A DNA stretch of 64,000 nt from Octopus sinensis (lineage: Eukaryota). Below the pieces are notes generated by a model. The model searched no databases, was not told the DNA's origin, and saw nothing but the letters and a program-made list of their open reading frames with translations. A program made the translations under genes and the position numbers. The stretch is taken from positions 49,104,001 to 49,168,000 of the forward strand of contig NC_042999.1 of NCBI RefSeq assembly GCF_006345805.1, written 5' to 3'. Of the stretch, positions 40,695 to 54,354 are shown piece after piece (position 1 is the first letter of the stretch; every line of letters starts with the position of its first letter).

Positions 40695-41144
40695 GATTTC
40701 AAACTTTGGCGCAAGGCTAGAAATTTCAGGAGCGGATAAGTCGAATATATCGACCACTGTGTTCAAATGGTACTTATTTTATCAACCTTGAAAATTTGAG
40801 GGGCAAAGTCGACCTCGGCAGAATTTGAAAACAGAACGTTTCTGAACAGTTCCTTTAATTCGATGTTCGTATCCAGATCTACGTTGTATCAAAATGGTTA
40901 TAAGGTACCTATTTCTTTTACAACCCACAAGAGGCTAAACACAGAGAGGACAAACAAGCACAGACAAACGGATCAAATCGATTATATCAACCCTAGTGCG
41001 TAACTGGTACATATTTAATCAAACCTGAAAGGATGAAAGGCAAAGTCGACCTCGGCAGAATTTGAAAACAGAACGTTTCTGAACAGTCCCTTTAATTCGA
41101 TGCTGGTATCCAGATCTAAATTGTATCGAAATGGTCATAGGATA
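40695..41144 (-). mobile_element. Two SINE family B pieces with a ~105-bp direct duplication
   Basis: 40802-40907 is repeated at 41039-41144. Confidence 0.8.
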
Positions 41145-41228
41145 CGTGCCTTTATATCAATTTCCAATTCCTTTTCGTTGAACCGAGTGAAATCGTAGTC
41201 ATGACCAATGCCAGTGCTGTCTATTAAC

Positions 41229-41558
41229 ACCGAGGTCGACTTTGCCTCTCATCCTTTTGGGGTCGATTAAATAAGTACCAGTTACGCACTGGGGTCGATT
41301 TAATCGACTTAATCCGTTTGTCTGTTCTTGTTTGTCCCCTCTATGTGTAGCCCCTTGTGGGTAGTAAAGAAATAGTATTTCGTCTGCCGTTACATTTTGA
41401 ATTCAAATTCCGCCGAGGTCGAATTTGCCGTTCATTCTTTCGTGGTCGATAATTTAAGTACCAGTTTCACACTGGGGTCGATCTAATCGACTTAACCCAT
41501 TGTCTGTCCTTGTTTGTCCCTTCTACATTTAGCCCATTCTGGCCAATAAAGAAATAAG
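41229..41558 (+). mobile_element. SINE family B, two tandem units
   Basis: Junction aaagaaatag|tatttcgtctgccg, as in the 37351 array. Confidence 0.85.
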
Positions 41559-42133
41559 ATAGATTAATAGGGTGATTGATTGATTGATGGAGTTAGTGAT
41601 AGGCATATATTTATGAATAGAAGTATATTCATGCACCCTTAGATTAGAGTAAGTATCGTTATATATGGAAGTTCCTGAGTGTGATATATGAGTGTGTAAC
41701 AGTCAATATATGCGTGAGCATATGACAACGCTTTCTCCCGTATTTTAATCATAGTTTCTAAATATACTCACTACAGTAAAAATTGAGTAATTTTGGCAGA
41801 GAAACTTTCCGCCGGAAATTGCTTGATAGTAAATATAGCATCAGTTACCAGTATATTGCAATAATTGTTTGTTAAATGTCACCTGCGAAATTTCTCTCTT
41901 CATTTCAGTATCTTGTGAATATAAGACGCAATTACTTTATAACTTTGGTGTTTGGGCTAGATTTTTTTTTCTCTGAAAGAAGTGTGCTAAAATGTTTAAC
42001 CAATGACTAGTAGCCCAAAAGTACAATGTCTGATCCGTAAATATTCTTCTTTTCCTCTTGTGGGATCAATTTCTTTTCAAAATATGGACTAACTCTAAGG
42101 CTGAATAATTTTCGTCAATTTCATGTACGTATA

Positions 42134-42310
42134 GGCGTAGGAGTGGCTGTGTGGTAAGTAGCTTGCTTACCAACCACATGGTTCCAGGTTCAGTCCCACT
42201 GCGTGGCACCTTGAGCAAGTATCTTCTATTATAGCCTCGGGCCGACCAAAGCATTATGAGTGGATTTGGTAGACGGAAACTGAAAGAAGCTCGCCGTATA
42301 TATTCATATA

Positions 42311-42341
<31 letters not shown>

Positions 42342-42543
42342 CTGTTTGTCTGTCTGTGTTTTCCCCCAAACATCGCTTGACAACCGATGCTGGCGTGTTA
42401 CGCCCCTGTAACTTAGCGGTTCGGCAAAAGAGACCGATAGCATAAGTACTAGGCTTACAAAGAATAAGTCCTGGCGTCGATTTGCTCGACTAAAGGTAGT
42501 GATCCAGCATGGCTGCAGTCAAATGATTGAGACAAGTAAAAAA
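42134..42543 (+). mobile_element. SINE family A, full length (used here as the reference copy)
   Basis: A-box-like tggctgtgtggt, B-box-like ggttcagtccc, CORE-like accttgagcaagt, internal (GT)n, and tail ...aaatgattgagacaagtaaaaa. Confidence 0.9.
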
Positions 42544-42549
42544 GTATAC

Positions 42550-42725
42550 CGAGCAAAAAGCTTAGCGGCATTTTGTCTCATCTTTATGTTGTCAGTCCGA
42601 AGTTTACTTCACCTTTTATAATTTCGGGGTCAATACAATACGTGCCACTAGGCTCAACGTAATCAACGTAATCAACTTACCCTCTCACTAGAATTTGCTG
42701 ACCCTGTGCCAAAATTTTAAATCTA
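42550..42725 (+). mobile_element. SINE family B, old decayed copy
   Basis: cttagcggcattttgtct...tttcggggtcaata...gaatttgctgaccctgtgccaaaattt. Confidence 0.5.
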
Positions 42726-42907
42726 TACCATGTACGTATTGTTAACACATTATAAACTTCATTCTACATTAAATATAATGCTACTAACATTTGTTCTTTT
42801 CCGTTAAGTGAAGTTAAATGAAATCTAACCAATATATTACTTTAGGTGACGAAAACTGCGGAAAACTGTCGTATATAGATATATCTGCATGTGGGGGGGG
42901 GTGCATA

Positions 42908-42943
<36 letters not shown>

Positions 42944-42993
42944 TGTATGTATATATCTGTAAATGTAATATGTGACAATTATTCGGTAGCCAT

Positions 42994-43054
42994 GATAAAA
43001 CTCCGAGATTCGGATGCTTGAGGAGGAAATCCAAGCCGCATCTCTTCAGTTATC
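42994..43054 (-). ncRNA. Type I hammerhead-like motif, homolog of 9275-9337
   Basis: GAUAA / CUGAAGA / GAUGC...GCAUC-C / GAAU (GAAA mutated) / CUCGGAG-UU / UUAUC. Confidence 0.6.
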
Positions 43055-43185
43055 CGGCCATCAGTAAAATGCTATGAAAAATGACTGTTATACAAAGGGA
43101 GATTTCTGTGTGATTGACCGTTATTAAGACAAAAGAGCTATTCGAATGACCGCTACGTAAGGGGTTAAAAAGTTCATAGTATTCG

Positions 43186-43656
43186 CTAGTGCTTGTTGTT
43201 CGTTGCCGACGAAGTAAAAAAATTCTCACTAAATCATGAGCTAAGTTTCTTATCACATTTCAGCCAGGGCCAGTTTTATTGTTTATCAACTAGTTGGAGG
43301 TTTTTATGAGAGTAATTGGTGTTCATTGATCATCGGTTTTCACATCTGGAACAGCATAATCATGGAAAATTAGCGGGACTATGCACATGCCATTAGTCGG
43401 ACAAAAAAGTGGCAGAAGAAAGCGAAAAACTCGAATTTGGCCGCAAAATAAGTTATGGGCATAAGGGGTCAGTTTATCGATTTTTGAATGGCTTTCTGGG
43501 GTGACTGGGGAAATGAAAAGATCTTCACGACCACCCTCAGACAGTTTTGAAAGCCCATAGAAAATGCGAGCCTTTTACGTGAAAAACTGTGGATTTGTAT
43601 AAAGGACACACAGACACATAGATACACAGATATTTTGCCGTTTATAGATATAGAGA
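43186..43656 (-). mobile_element. Non-autonomous Helitron-like element
   Basis: Minus-strand start A|TCtctatatctataaacggc followed by a TG-rich repeat; end ttcg-tcggcaa-cgaa hairpin then CTAG. Confidence 0.6.
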
Positions 43657-44303
43657 TACTCTATTTATAATGTTCATTCACTGACGTCCGGGTGATAAAT
43701 GAATTGAATCGTTATTATTATTCCAGGTGTCAATAAAATAAAGTACCAGTAAAATAATGGGTCGATGTCAACGAATGAAAGCTCCCATCGGAATTACTGA
43801 TCTTCTGCTCCAATCAGAAATGATAATTATTGCCGTTGTTTGTATGGTTATAATTACTCCTGTGCAAAGCGGGAAGTGAGCAGACTCGTTAGAGCGATGG
43901 CCAAAATGCGCAGCAGTATTTTTTCATGTTTTTTATGCTGAAATCTACTTTGCATTTCATCACTTTGAGATCGATAAAGTAAGTACACATTAAGCACAGG
44001 GTTCTATGTAATAGACTAACGCCTTTCCCATAGACTTCCTGGCCAAAATTTGAAGCTATTGCTACTTGTGTATATCGTAAACATAAGCACGATTTTATGA
44101 AGTGAACAATTCGGATAGATAGTAACGATAAATAAATTAAAAAGATAAGGATTTATTCTTAAGTATTTTTCAGAGAACTCTCCAAGAATGCAATTGACGT
44201 TCTTTCTTATACTGGTTAATAAACATCATGGCTGGACATTAAACATTTCTCGAACGTAAGAGCAAGATACACTGAAAGGAAAAATTACTGTCAATGTCTT
44301 TGT

Positions 44304-44415
44304 TTCTTCTTCTTCTTCTTCTTCTTCTTCTTCTTCTTCTTCTTCTTTCTTCTTCTTCTTCTTCTTCTTCTCCTCCTCCTCCTTCTTCTTCTTCTTCTTC
44401 TTCTTCTTCTTCTTC
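44304..44415. repeat. (TTC)n microsatellite
   Basis: Direct reading. Confidence 0.95.
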
Positions 44416-44491
44416 CAATCAGGACTCACGCCAATGGCCACAAAGAATAATCTCTAATTCGAGCCTACTGTAAGCTACTAAGAATGCATGT

Positions 44492-44560
44492 GGCAACTTG
44501 AAGATCCACCCACCACACGCGATAGACCGGCGGTTGCATGGGCGCGAAAGCTACGTTGCT
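44492..44560 (+). ncRNA. Hammerhead-like motif in a GC-rich multi-hairpin segment
   Basis: GGCAAC / UUGAAGA / ucca...uggg-cgc / GAAA-GC-UA-C / GUUGCU, with a 6-bp stem I. It has C3U and one extra nucleotide at the cleavage site. Confidence 0.45.
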
Positions 44561-44699
44561 ATCCTCATTCCGTAAACGGCGGCTTGTAACGGGTGGGGAG
44601 CTGAACCATCCTAAGGTACAGAGGATTCGCAATCTAGACTAGGCTCTGAAAGTCTACCACACGATAGTGGGTTACACCATGGTTCCTCTACTTTGTGGC

Positions 44700-44894
44700 A
44701 GAAGTAGGAAGAAAGAGTGAGAGAAAGTTGTGGTTAAAGAGCACAGCGGGGTTCACCACCCAACCCCGCCGGAGCCTCGTGGAGCTTAGGTGTTTTTGCT
44801 CAATAAACACTCACAATGCCCGGTCTGAGAATGGAAACCGCGCTCTTACGACCGCGAGTCCGCTGCCCTAACCAGTGGGCCTTTGCGTCTCCAC
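44700..44894 (-). mobile_element. SINE family C, 5' part
   Basis: Homologous to 21800-21985; head ggagacgcaaaggcccactggttagggcagcggactcgcggtcgtaag. Confidence 0.85.
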
Positions 44895-46836
44895 TGCTGT
44901 TGTTGTTTACCTCCGAGTCACTCTTAGACAACAATTATTTTTCAATTTTCTTAAAACGGTGACAATTCTGTTTGTTTTACACAATTTGATCTTGGACATC
45001 ATTATCCAAACTGCCTGTGTGATTTGAGGAAAATTTGTCTGCTACATCTAGCATGACGTTGGCTTGTGTAAATAAGTAGCATGCGGAGGTACACTTCATT
45101 CTTCAAGGGAGCGAATGACCTGTAGAATTAATCATTGTATCGTTAATTTAATTGCTAAGATCAAAAACCCTATTCCTGTGAGCCAAGGCCTTAAACAGAG
45201 CACTACACAAAAGCCATGCTTCGTCTAATTCTATCATGGCTGATACAGTTTAGTTTTTTCGCTTTTCTGTTTCTAATTCCCATTCATCTTTGTTTCATTT
45301 TGATTTCTCAACATGTCCCGCTTTGTTACATTCTTCCGATACTCTCCTTCGTCTTTTTTTCTTGTCGCTTGTCAGTTTTTCCCCCCTTCTGTCATTAACC
45401 TTCACATATTCTTTTTATATTTTTGTTTTTATTTCGTTTCCACTTCTTCCTTTTTCATATTTTATTTTCCATTTCTCTTCCCATTTCTAATAACGCCTTC
45501 ATAATTATTTTCACTTTTCTTCTTTACATTGTTTAATTCATTCTTTCATTCTTTCTTCTTCTTTCACTCATTGTTACATTTCCTAACATAATTTCATTTA
45601 TTTATTTCAGTTTCTTCTCAGCGCTATTTCCCAGAGAGCTGTCATTTTTACTTTTAATTTTCTTATATATTTAGTTCTCCGAATTGATCGTTTTATTTTA
45701 TCATTTCAAAATATATATCTATTTCCCCCAAAAATGATTCTGCTTTGCCAATTCTATCTCTTGTTAATGTTGAAAATTTAAACGAATTTCAATCGGTAAT
45801 ATTTTCAAAACACGCCATAATCCGATAGTAATTCAATTTTTGTGCAATGTTACTAAGTTTGTAGAGATATGCGTGAGTCTATGTGCTTGTCCGTGCGTGT
45901 GCTAAAGTAATTGGCTTCGATTATTCCAGGGCTTCCAGACTGATTCCTACTTTTATTGATCGGATGTAACTACAATATATTGGCTCGGTATACGAAGGAA
46001 AAGATTCAGTCGACAGCCTTCACTTTTGCAACAATGCAGGCGTATATCTGACAATAAAGGTCATGGTGTTTCTCAAAAGATCTTTATTTTCAGCTTTTAG
46101 TTAGGGGAAGGCGGTACTTATGACTTTTTACACGAATTCCGAGACTGTTAGTAAAGTCGGAAGGTCCTCAAATCGGAGATCTTGCTCCAAAGCCTGCAAC
46201 AGAGTGTATCTTGCAAAAAGCATCCACGATACCAGGCAGTGGTATTAAACAGGTTGACGAATTAAATCAACTGTCATAGTAGCCACCACATGATTCGAAC
46301 TCAGAGCACAAGCTTTCACAATAAATGCTGCAAGTCGACGTTCTTACAGTTCCACCAAACCACTGTCCTGGATTGTTACATTTCAATCGAGTTTGAACTG
46401 ACGAAAAGCATAATTAACTTCGGCTGTATTTGAAACCAGAGTATGTAGGTTCAGAACAAATATTGAGTCATTCTGCCTGATGCTATAATTACTCAACCAA
46501 TTCGCCACTAAATTGTATTAATGTGGAAGTTGTTGAAAGCTGGTTGTGCAAATCCCTCTTGTACTTTTTTAACTCTTGTGTTCTTTACTTTGTTTACAAA
46601 GACTACAGAATTGTATAAAAACCAAATATTTTCAATATTGCTGTTGAAGCTAGGTCGAGAAACCTGAAATTACAGACAATGCTAAATATTTTTAGGCATA
46701 AAGTCATTAGTTCCACATTAAACAGTATGCCATTACTTCTGAAAACGGTAGGACATGATATGAAAGCTATTTTAGTAGATCAAACAAATTTGTATAAGGA
46801 CTCTCGTCGACCTGATTTTAATGTCGTTTTTGTTAT

Positions 46837-46837
<1 letters not shown>

Positions 46838-46873
<36 letters not shown>

Positions 46874-46943
46874 TGTAGTAGTAGTAGTAGTAGTTGTAGT
46901 AGTAGTAGTAGTAGTAGTAGTAGTTGTAGTAGTAGTAGTAGTA

Positions 46944-46979
<36 letters not shown>
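46838..46979. repeat. (TAG)n microsatellite
   Basis: Direct reading. Confidence 0.95.
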
Positions 46980-48256
46980 GTGTCAGTACAACATGGACAC
47001 GAGCTAGTTATAAGTCTTCTGTCGTCCGCATCCGTGCAGTTAGTTTGTTTATTAAAGGATGAATTAATGGATACTCTTTCTAGTAAGATATTATAATAGA
47101 AATTCCGTTAATGCTTGGTGATACTTCCATAAAATGTTTGCAGATGGAGTAGTCGTGTGGGAATAGTAGAAGAGTAGCTGTGCAAATGCTTTTTATTTTC
47201 CTGTAATACATTCCTTTCTTTGTTTGCACTTTTAGAAGCCATTTCATAAAATCATATATGAGTTCCATCAGAACTAAAATCATTCTGATGTAAATAGGTT
47301 ACAATACAACCTAATTTGTTCTACACTGATCCATATTCTTCATATTTATGATTCAATGGATTAAACTCCAGTTAGCACTTTGTATACTGCATTTCTAATA
47401 CATATATTACGAATAAATATATTTATAAAAAAACTTCTATTCATATCTATGGAGAGAGAAGAAATGTTTTTTCATCAGATTTTACTGTATAACATTGAGC
47501 TATGTACCAGCCCTTCAAGTAATAATGGTTTGGACAATAATATAAAATTAGAAATTTATCGATGAAATACTGAGAAATTATTGGGAAAACGTTTACTACA
47601 TAGCTACCCAATTATAGATAAGGCTGAAAGCTTTTGTTCTACGTGTAACAGTTTAAAATGAATATAACATACAAGTGAAAGTTTAATTAATACAACCATC
47701 AGTTAATAAACATCTCCTTCGTGATAAAACGCCATCTACAGCTAGACAATTATCATATATTATAGAAATTCAATGATTTTACCTAGAGGTCACCCCATTC
47801 TAAATGAATTTATTGACTTTCTATAAAATAAAAGAATATATTAAGCCTGATATGGTGCTATGACCTTTGATTAGTAAATTACTTTACAGACCTATGTTTT
47901 AAAGCTGATGTTAGTTCTACTTCATACTAAAGTAACTGACAATGAATTCTGCAAAGTGTGAAATATGTGCGTTGTGTTACAAATCACTTCGTATTTGACG
48001 TTCGTTAAATGCCATCAATTCAGGGAATTGTACTTAGTGTTTTTCGCATGTCTATGTTTTATATTTTGCAGAATAAACTGTACTATCCAACAGAAGTATC
48101 ATCAGCACCTTAACATTTCGTCATTAAATGTGAATATGCTTCATTCATGTAAGTGCAAATTAAGGTCTTAGAAACCACTTATTTCTACATTAAAAATTTG
48201 AATTTGTTCTCTGACCAAAGGCATATATACATATATATACATGTATGTATAAATAA

Positions 48257-48397
<141 letters not shown>

Positions 48398-49199
48398 TAT
48401 GAAGTTTTAAGGTATAAGTTTAAAACTCAAACGACATGGTTTATAATAAAACATAAATATGTAGACAAGTTCTTGATAGCTTATGACGACGTTAATGACA
48501 GACTGTCATGTATGTCATTATATATGTTTGGCAGATTTCAATGTTATGTATGATGTTTCATTTTATACTTTTTAAAATATTTTATTTGTTATATGACATA
48601 GACGTTCGTGAAATTTATTTTTCAACCTTTGCTGTCTTCATTTTTATCTCTTAATTTTTATTATCTTAATTTATAATTAGGCTTATATAAATTGAAAATG
48701 TTGGTAAAGTGTATAAAATTAGTGCAAGGAAAACAGCTTGCGACTGTCATAATAAAATAATAGTTTGTTGTGAGATATTGTACTAATTAATATAAGTTGG
48801 ATTTTTTTTACACAAGTTACATGAGCAATTTTTTGTACAAAGACAATAAGTGATTTATTCGATCTCTGTACTTTACACATATTTATATTATCGACTCCCT
48901 GAAGGTAAAATTCAATGTCAATGGGTCAGTTTTAAAACAGGGATCGTTCTCAAAATTAAAAACAGAAATGGATGTTTTATATGGAGTAAAACAAGGAACT
49001 AAGATCAATGTTATTTCCACTATGACCAGACCATCATATGTTATTATTGAACTATATATATAAATGAACACACACAAATAAATTTGAGCAACAGAAATCC
49101 ACTGTAATGTTGAATACGTACAATTTGTTAACATAGCTCTAGATAGTTCTTTATAAAGATGCTATCTATTACCATAAATCCCCAGTTTACTCTTCTTTT

Positions 49200-49418
49200 T
49201 TTTTTTACATGTTTCAGTCATTTGACTGCACCCATGCTGGAGCACCGCCTTTAATCAAGCAACTCGACCCTGGGACTTATTCTTTTGTAAGCCCAGTACT
49301 TATTCTATCGGTCTCTTTTGCCGAACCGCTAACGGGGACATAAACACACCAGCATCGGTTGTCAAGCAATGCTAGGGGGACAAACACAGACACACAAACA
49401 CACACACGCATATATATA

Positions 49419-49449
<31 letters not shown>

Positions 49450-49603
49450 CATATATACGACGGGCTTCTTTCAGTTTCCGTCTACCAAATCCACTCACAA
49501 GGCTTTGGTCGGCCCGAGGCTATAGTAGAAGACACTTGCCCAAGGTGCCGCGCAGTGGGACTGAACCGTGAACCATGTGGTTGGTAAACAAGATACTTAC
49601 CAC
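49200..49603 (-). mobile_element. SINE family A, 5'-clipped
   Basis: Colinear with 42150-42543; internal (CA)n/(AT)n. Confidence 0.9.
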
Positions 49604-51416
49604 AATAATTTTTGTAATTCATGTTGTAGATATATAAATATTTTCTACCCTGTTCGTCATCCAGTATTGATACATATATTGATACTTGGCAACACGTACT
49701 TTTTCAAACTTTCACCAAATGAGACATACATATGCACAGTTTGAAAAGTTTTCAGTAGAGACGGCAATTGAATTGGTTAAGCAGAAATAAAACAAAAATA
49801 AATGCAATATAATAAAGTAAAATAAAACAAAATAAACAGATTGCATCAACATAGTTTTAGATATTAATTGTTTTTACCAAACTACAAAAGTGAGCAATTT
49901 AGCCAGTGGTTGCATGTAGTAACTATCTCAGCGTATCTCTTCAGAAGTTTATCTGTACGCATTGAAATGCGTAGTGTTTCTTTAGAACTGAATTCTTTTA
50001 TTTCTATTAATATTACGGAAGGACAGCTGTTAGACTACCTTTCTCGTTATAAATGTCCTAGAAATTTCACATTGCTTTGGCTTTGTTGTCTCATTTTAGT
50101 TAACAAAATGCCTCTGCGTATCGTACTATACACGCATACATACCTCTACGTGCATCTGTGTATTCTTCCATTTCGATTCTCTTCTATGGTGATATGCGTG
50201 AGCGCATTTGTTTTTGATCCTATAAAAGTGTGTCTTTGCATATTCTTACGCGTCCTGTAAGTCTATAGTTTCAAGCCTTTCTGAACCCACGTCCGCCTTA
50301 TAACTAGACCTCTATTGGTGTTTGTCATAAACTAAAATATCTCAGATGACATATTAATAAAATTCTAGTACGCTCTGAAAAAACCAAACGAGAGAGTCAT
50401 ATCAAAGCAGCATTTGGCGATGGAGATGTAAATCTAGCCTGTGATAGATGGGTTTCAGGTTGTCAAACCCTTGACAGTAAAATGTAGTGACTTATGGGAT
50501 ACTTTAGAAGATTCGTAACAATACCGCCGACAATCACTTGTTTCTAGCAATCTATGTTTATCGATCGAGTTTTCGTTTTTATTTATATTTATTTATCTTT
50601 TATCGATCACTTTCCCTATCTTCCTATATAATACTATTTACCACACACCACTACACGCCAATAAGTATCTGCTCGCACACATACATTTTACGCATATAAA
50701 TACTTTTGCATGTGCGTATGAGTGTGTATGTGCGCGCTCGTGTCTGTCTGTGTGTGTGGATGTATTAAATAAACGTGTGCGTGCGTGTGCGTGCGTGTGC
50801 GTGTGTGCGTGAGTGTGCGTATGCGTGTGTGTGTGTGTAGATTTGTCGCATGCTTCTTCAGATCATAGTCCGTATTCCTGAGATGATTTCAGTGCAGTTT
50901 GTATTATCCATGGAGATCGGGTAGATTATGTTCATGCAGTCATTTCTTCGAACGATATGGTATTAATGGGTGTTTAACTGAGCGTTGTTTGTCAATTTTG
51001 ACCAATGAGAAGGTTGATTGGGGATATGTGGGCATTTCTGTGTGTATTTGGTTGGGATGAGTAGAAGTGATGGAAAGAGAAAAAGGAATGGTAATTATAA
51101 GGAGAAGGGTGTGTGTATGCTGATGTTGGACTTATTTTGCTATTTGAGTATGCAGATGTCGGGATGGTTAGTATAGTTCCTTTGTTTGACCTTATTCCCA
51201 GCAGGCACATCTTCAATTAAGAAGTAGTCGGGTCAGCAGGTACAGCCACTACAGCCATTCAGTTGTTAGAGTTTATTGTCTTAGATGATAAATGATACTT
51301 TCTTAATATTTCGTTTTGGGATTTGGCTTGCAAGATTCTTTATGGGAGTTCGTGTGTTGAAGCACATTCTGTTGTGTCTGGGGAGAGTCGTTTTCTTTTT
51401 GTGCCTTATAATTTAA

Positions 51417-51520
51417 TACACTCACCGGTAAAATTTCCACTTATTTTCATTTTACTAAAATGTTCGTTGCATCTTGCAACCTTTTCAGTAGTCTTAAGTG
51501 GAAATTTTACAGGTGAGTGT
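51417..51520 (-). mobile_element. Short fold-back enclosing a decayed HHR (51454-51492); Penelope-like pLTR remnant
   Basis: Arms acactcaccggtaaaatttccactta / taagtggaaattttacaggtgagtgt. Loop on the minus strand: ACUA / CUGAAAA / G-GUUGCA-AGA-UGCAAC / GAACAUUU / UAGU. Confidence 0.55.
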
Positions 51521-52010
51521 GTTACGTTATACAGCACAAATGACACTCTCTAGACACAACAGAAGTTAAAATGATATTTTCACTACATTTGGTGGATTAA
51601 TGATATAACATACAACATATAAAAATAGTGTCTATTTTGTTTAGTTATTAGTATGTTCTTCCCTTCTATGATATGCTAAAGGCAGTTAGTGTCTCTCTGT
51701 TACAAAAAAATTTTTTTTCGAATTCTAGGAATGATACCTTGCTTTTATGCTTACATGATATATTTTCGGATTATCAATTCGTTATGATTTCTCTGCATCT
51801 GATGATCTCCAGACTTTCCTCTAGAAATAAGTTGCACACTACGATGTTCTATAATGCGTTGCAGTATTTCTTAATAGATCTATATTTCATAATTTCCACT
51901 CCATTCTATTTGAGCCTTCAAATGACGTTAGATAGTGATGTGGATGGGCCTTTTGTTTAAATTGGAAAATGATGTAAGATTGCTGCGCAGAAGTTAGCAA
52001 ATGAGTCAAG

Positions 52011-52086
52011 GTCCGAATGTTTCGTGCCTTGGCACTTATCAAATTAGTTACAGGTTGATAAGTGCCAACGCACAAAACATTCGGAC
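52011..52086. other. 76-nt hairpin (32-bp stem, 2 mismatches, 12-nt loop); pre-miRNA-like or mini-MITE
   Basis: gtccgaatgtttcgtgccttggcacttatcaa-attagttacagg-ttgataagtgccaacgcacaaaacattcggac. Confidence 0.6.
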
Positions 52087-52202
52087 ATTCGTAGAAATGA
52101 ACCACTCTGTTAATTCTGCTAAATATTCATAAAAATATACATATACTCATATTTTGATGTCTATTTTCCCTGTTTTTATACATATGTTGATATATATCAT
52201 AA

Positions 52203-52244
<42 letters not shown>

Positions 52245-52565
52245 TATATATATATATATATGTATATATATATACATATATATGTATGTATATATATATA
52301 TGTATATATATGCATATATATATGTATATATATATATATATATATATAATATGTGTGTGTGCATATATATACATATATATATATACATGTATATATATAC
52401 ATATATATATGTACATATATATATATATATACATATACATACACATATATATACACACACACACATATATATACATATATATACACACACACACATATAT
52501 ATATATGTGTGTGTGTATATATATATATATGTATATATATATATGTATATATATGTATATATATA

Positions 52566-52598
<33 letters not shown>

Positions 52599-53082
52599 CT
52601 CATATGTATACACCAAATTAAATGAATATACACGTTCATGCCTATGAATATTTTGCACTCACCTAACAGTGGAATAATATGAATATTTACGCGCATATTA
52701 GGAATGAGAATGCTATTGTGCATTTGAAAACATATTCTTTGGACACGTACATACGTACATAGAGCTATGATAAGTAAATAAATACATAAATATGTTTCTT
52801 CGCAATTGTCTAACATATACAAGAAGAAGTGAATACACAGTTTTTACAGAATTTCTGCTTAACGCTTCTGTGAAACTAGAATAGGAAAATAATCCGATGA
52901 TACATACTTACAATGAATACAATCAAGAATAAATGAATAAAGCACAGACTCGCACATACACACACGCGCACATACAGAGACACATAAGTTATATATGTGT
53001 GCGTGCGTGTGCGTGTGTGTGTATGTATATATACATTCATAAATGTGTGCGGATATATATATACATATATATATATATACAC

Positions 53083-53132
<50 letters not shown>

Positions 53133-53142
53133 ACATACATAT

Positions 53143-53178
<36 letters not shown>

Positions 53179-53207
53179 GATATATATATATATATATATA
53201 TAATATA

Positions 53208-53282
<75 letters not shown>

Positions 53283-54140
53283 ATATATATAAATATATAT
53301 ATATATCCGCACACATTATGAATGTATATATGTTCTTGTTTTGTTCAGTGTGTGAAAAGATATTTATATATTTTATATGTTTGTTTTTTGTCCTTCCTGC
53401 CTATTATTATACATTTGTTTCCTCCTAGGTCACTATGAACATATACATATTCAGAGGTATGCATACTTGCATGTTTGGCTCGGTTTCACTTTCATTATTC
53501 TGGCACCTTTCATTCGAAAAATCTGAAGAAGTTGAAATAACTAGTTTATTTTCTTTCTTCATGTTAATGGAATATAAAGGAAAATAACTTGAGTAAGAAG
53601 TTCATTGTCCCCCGCTTTTTTCTTCTATCCAACAGATTTTGCTTTCTGTAACATTCTTTAAAAGCATATCTTAATGCATAGGCTCTTGTTTGTCTGTACG
53701 TTTGTGTCTGTATACATGCGCGCTGCTGTGTGTGCATATGTCTGAAACATCAAGTTCTTTTAATCATTTATGTGAAATGACATGCACGCGTTTCTAATTT
53801 TACGTTGACAATATAACATGTGTCTATCTATCTGCTTAAATGTGTGAGTATGTGTATGTGTGTGCACCTGTGCGTGTGTGCGTGTGTGTGTATGTATGTG
53901 TGTGTGTGTTTATACACATAGATGCATGAATATATCAGCACACAAACGCTTCATGCTTAAGCAGACACGCACATATAGGTGTGTGTGAATATACATATCA
54001 ATAGATATATGTATATGTACATGTAAAAGTGGTAATATGTAATATTTAATATGTATGTGTATTTATATATATATATGTCTGTGTGTGTGTATGAGTCCGT
54101 ATGTATATGTATATATGTATGTATATGTATGTATGCATAT

Positions 54141-54188
<48 letters not shown>

Positions 54189-54282
54189 ATATTATATATA
54201 TACATATATACATATATATATATATATACAGGGATATATATATATATATTATATATATATATATATTATATATATATATATT

Positions 54283-54354
<72 letters not shown>

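Noticed and set aside
47229-47280. Minus-strand CUGAUGG...GAAA with UUUUAG/CUAAAA
   Set aside because: A9 is altered, stem I is offset and there is no stem III; plausible by chance in AT-rich DNA.
53518-53548. CUGAAGA-AGUU-GAAA motif
   Set aside because: Stem II is too short to form.
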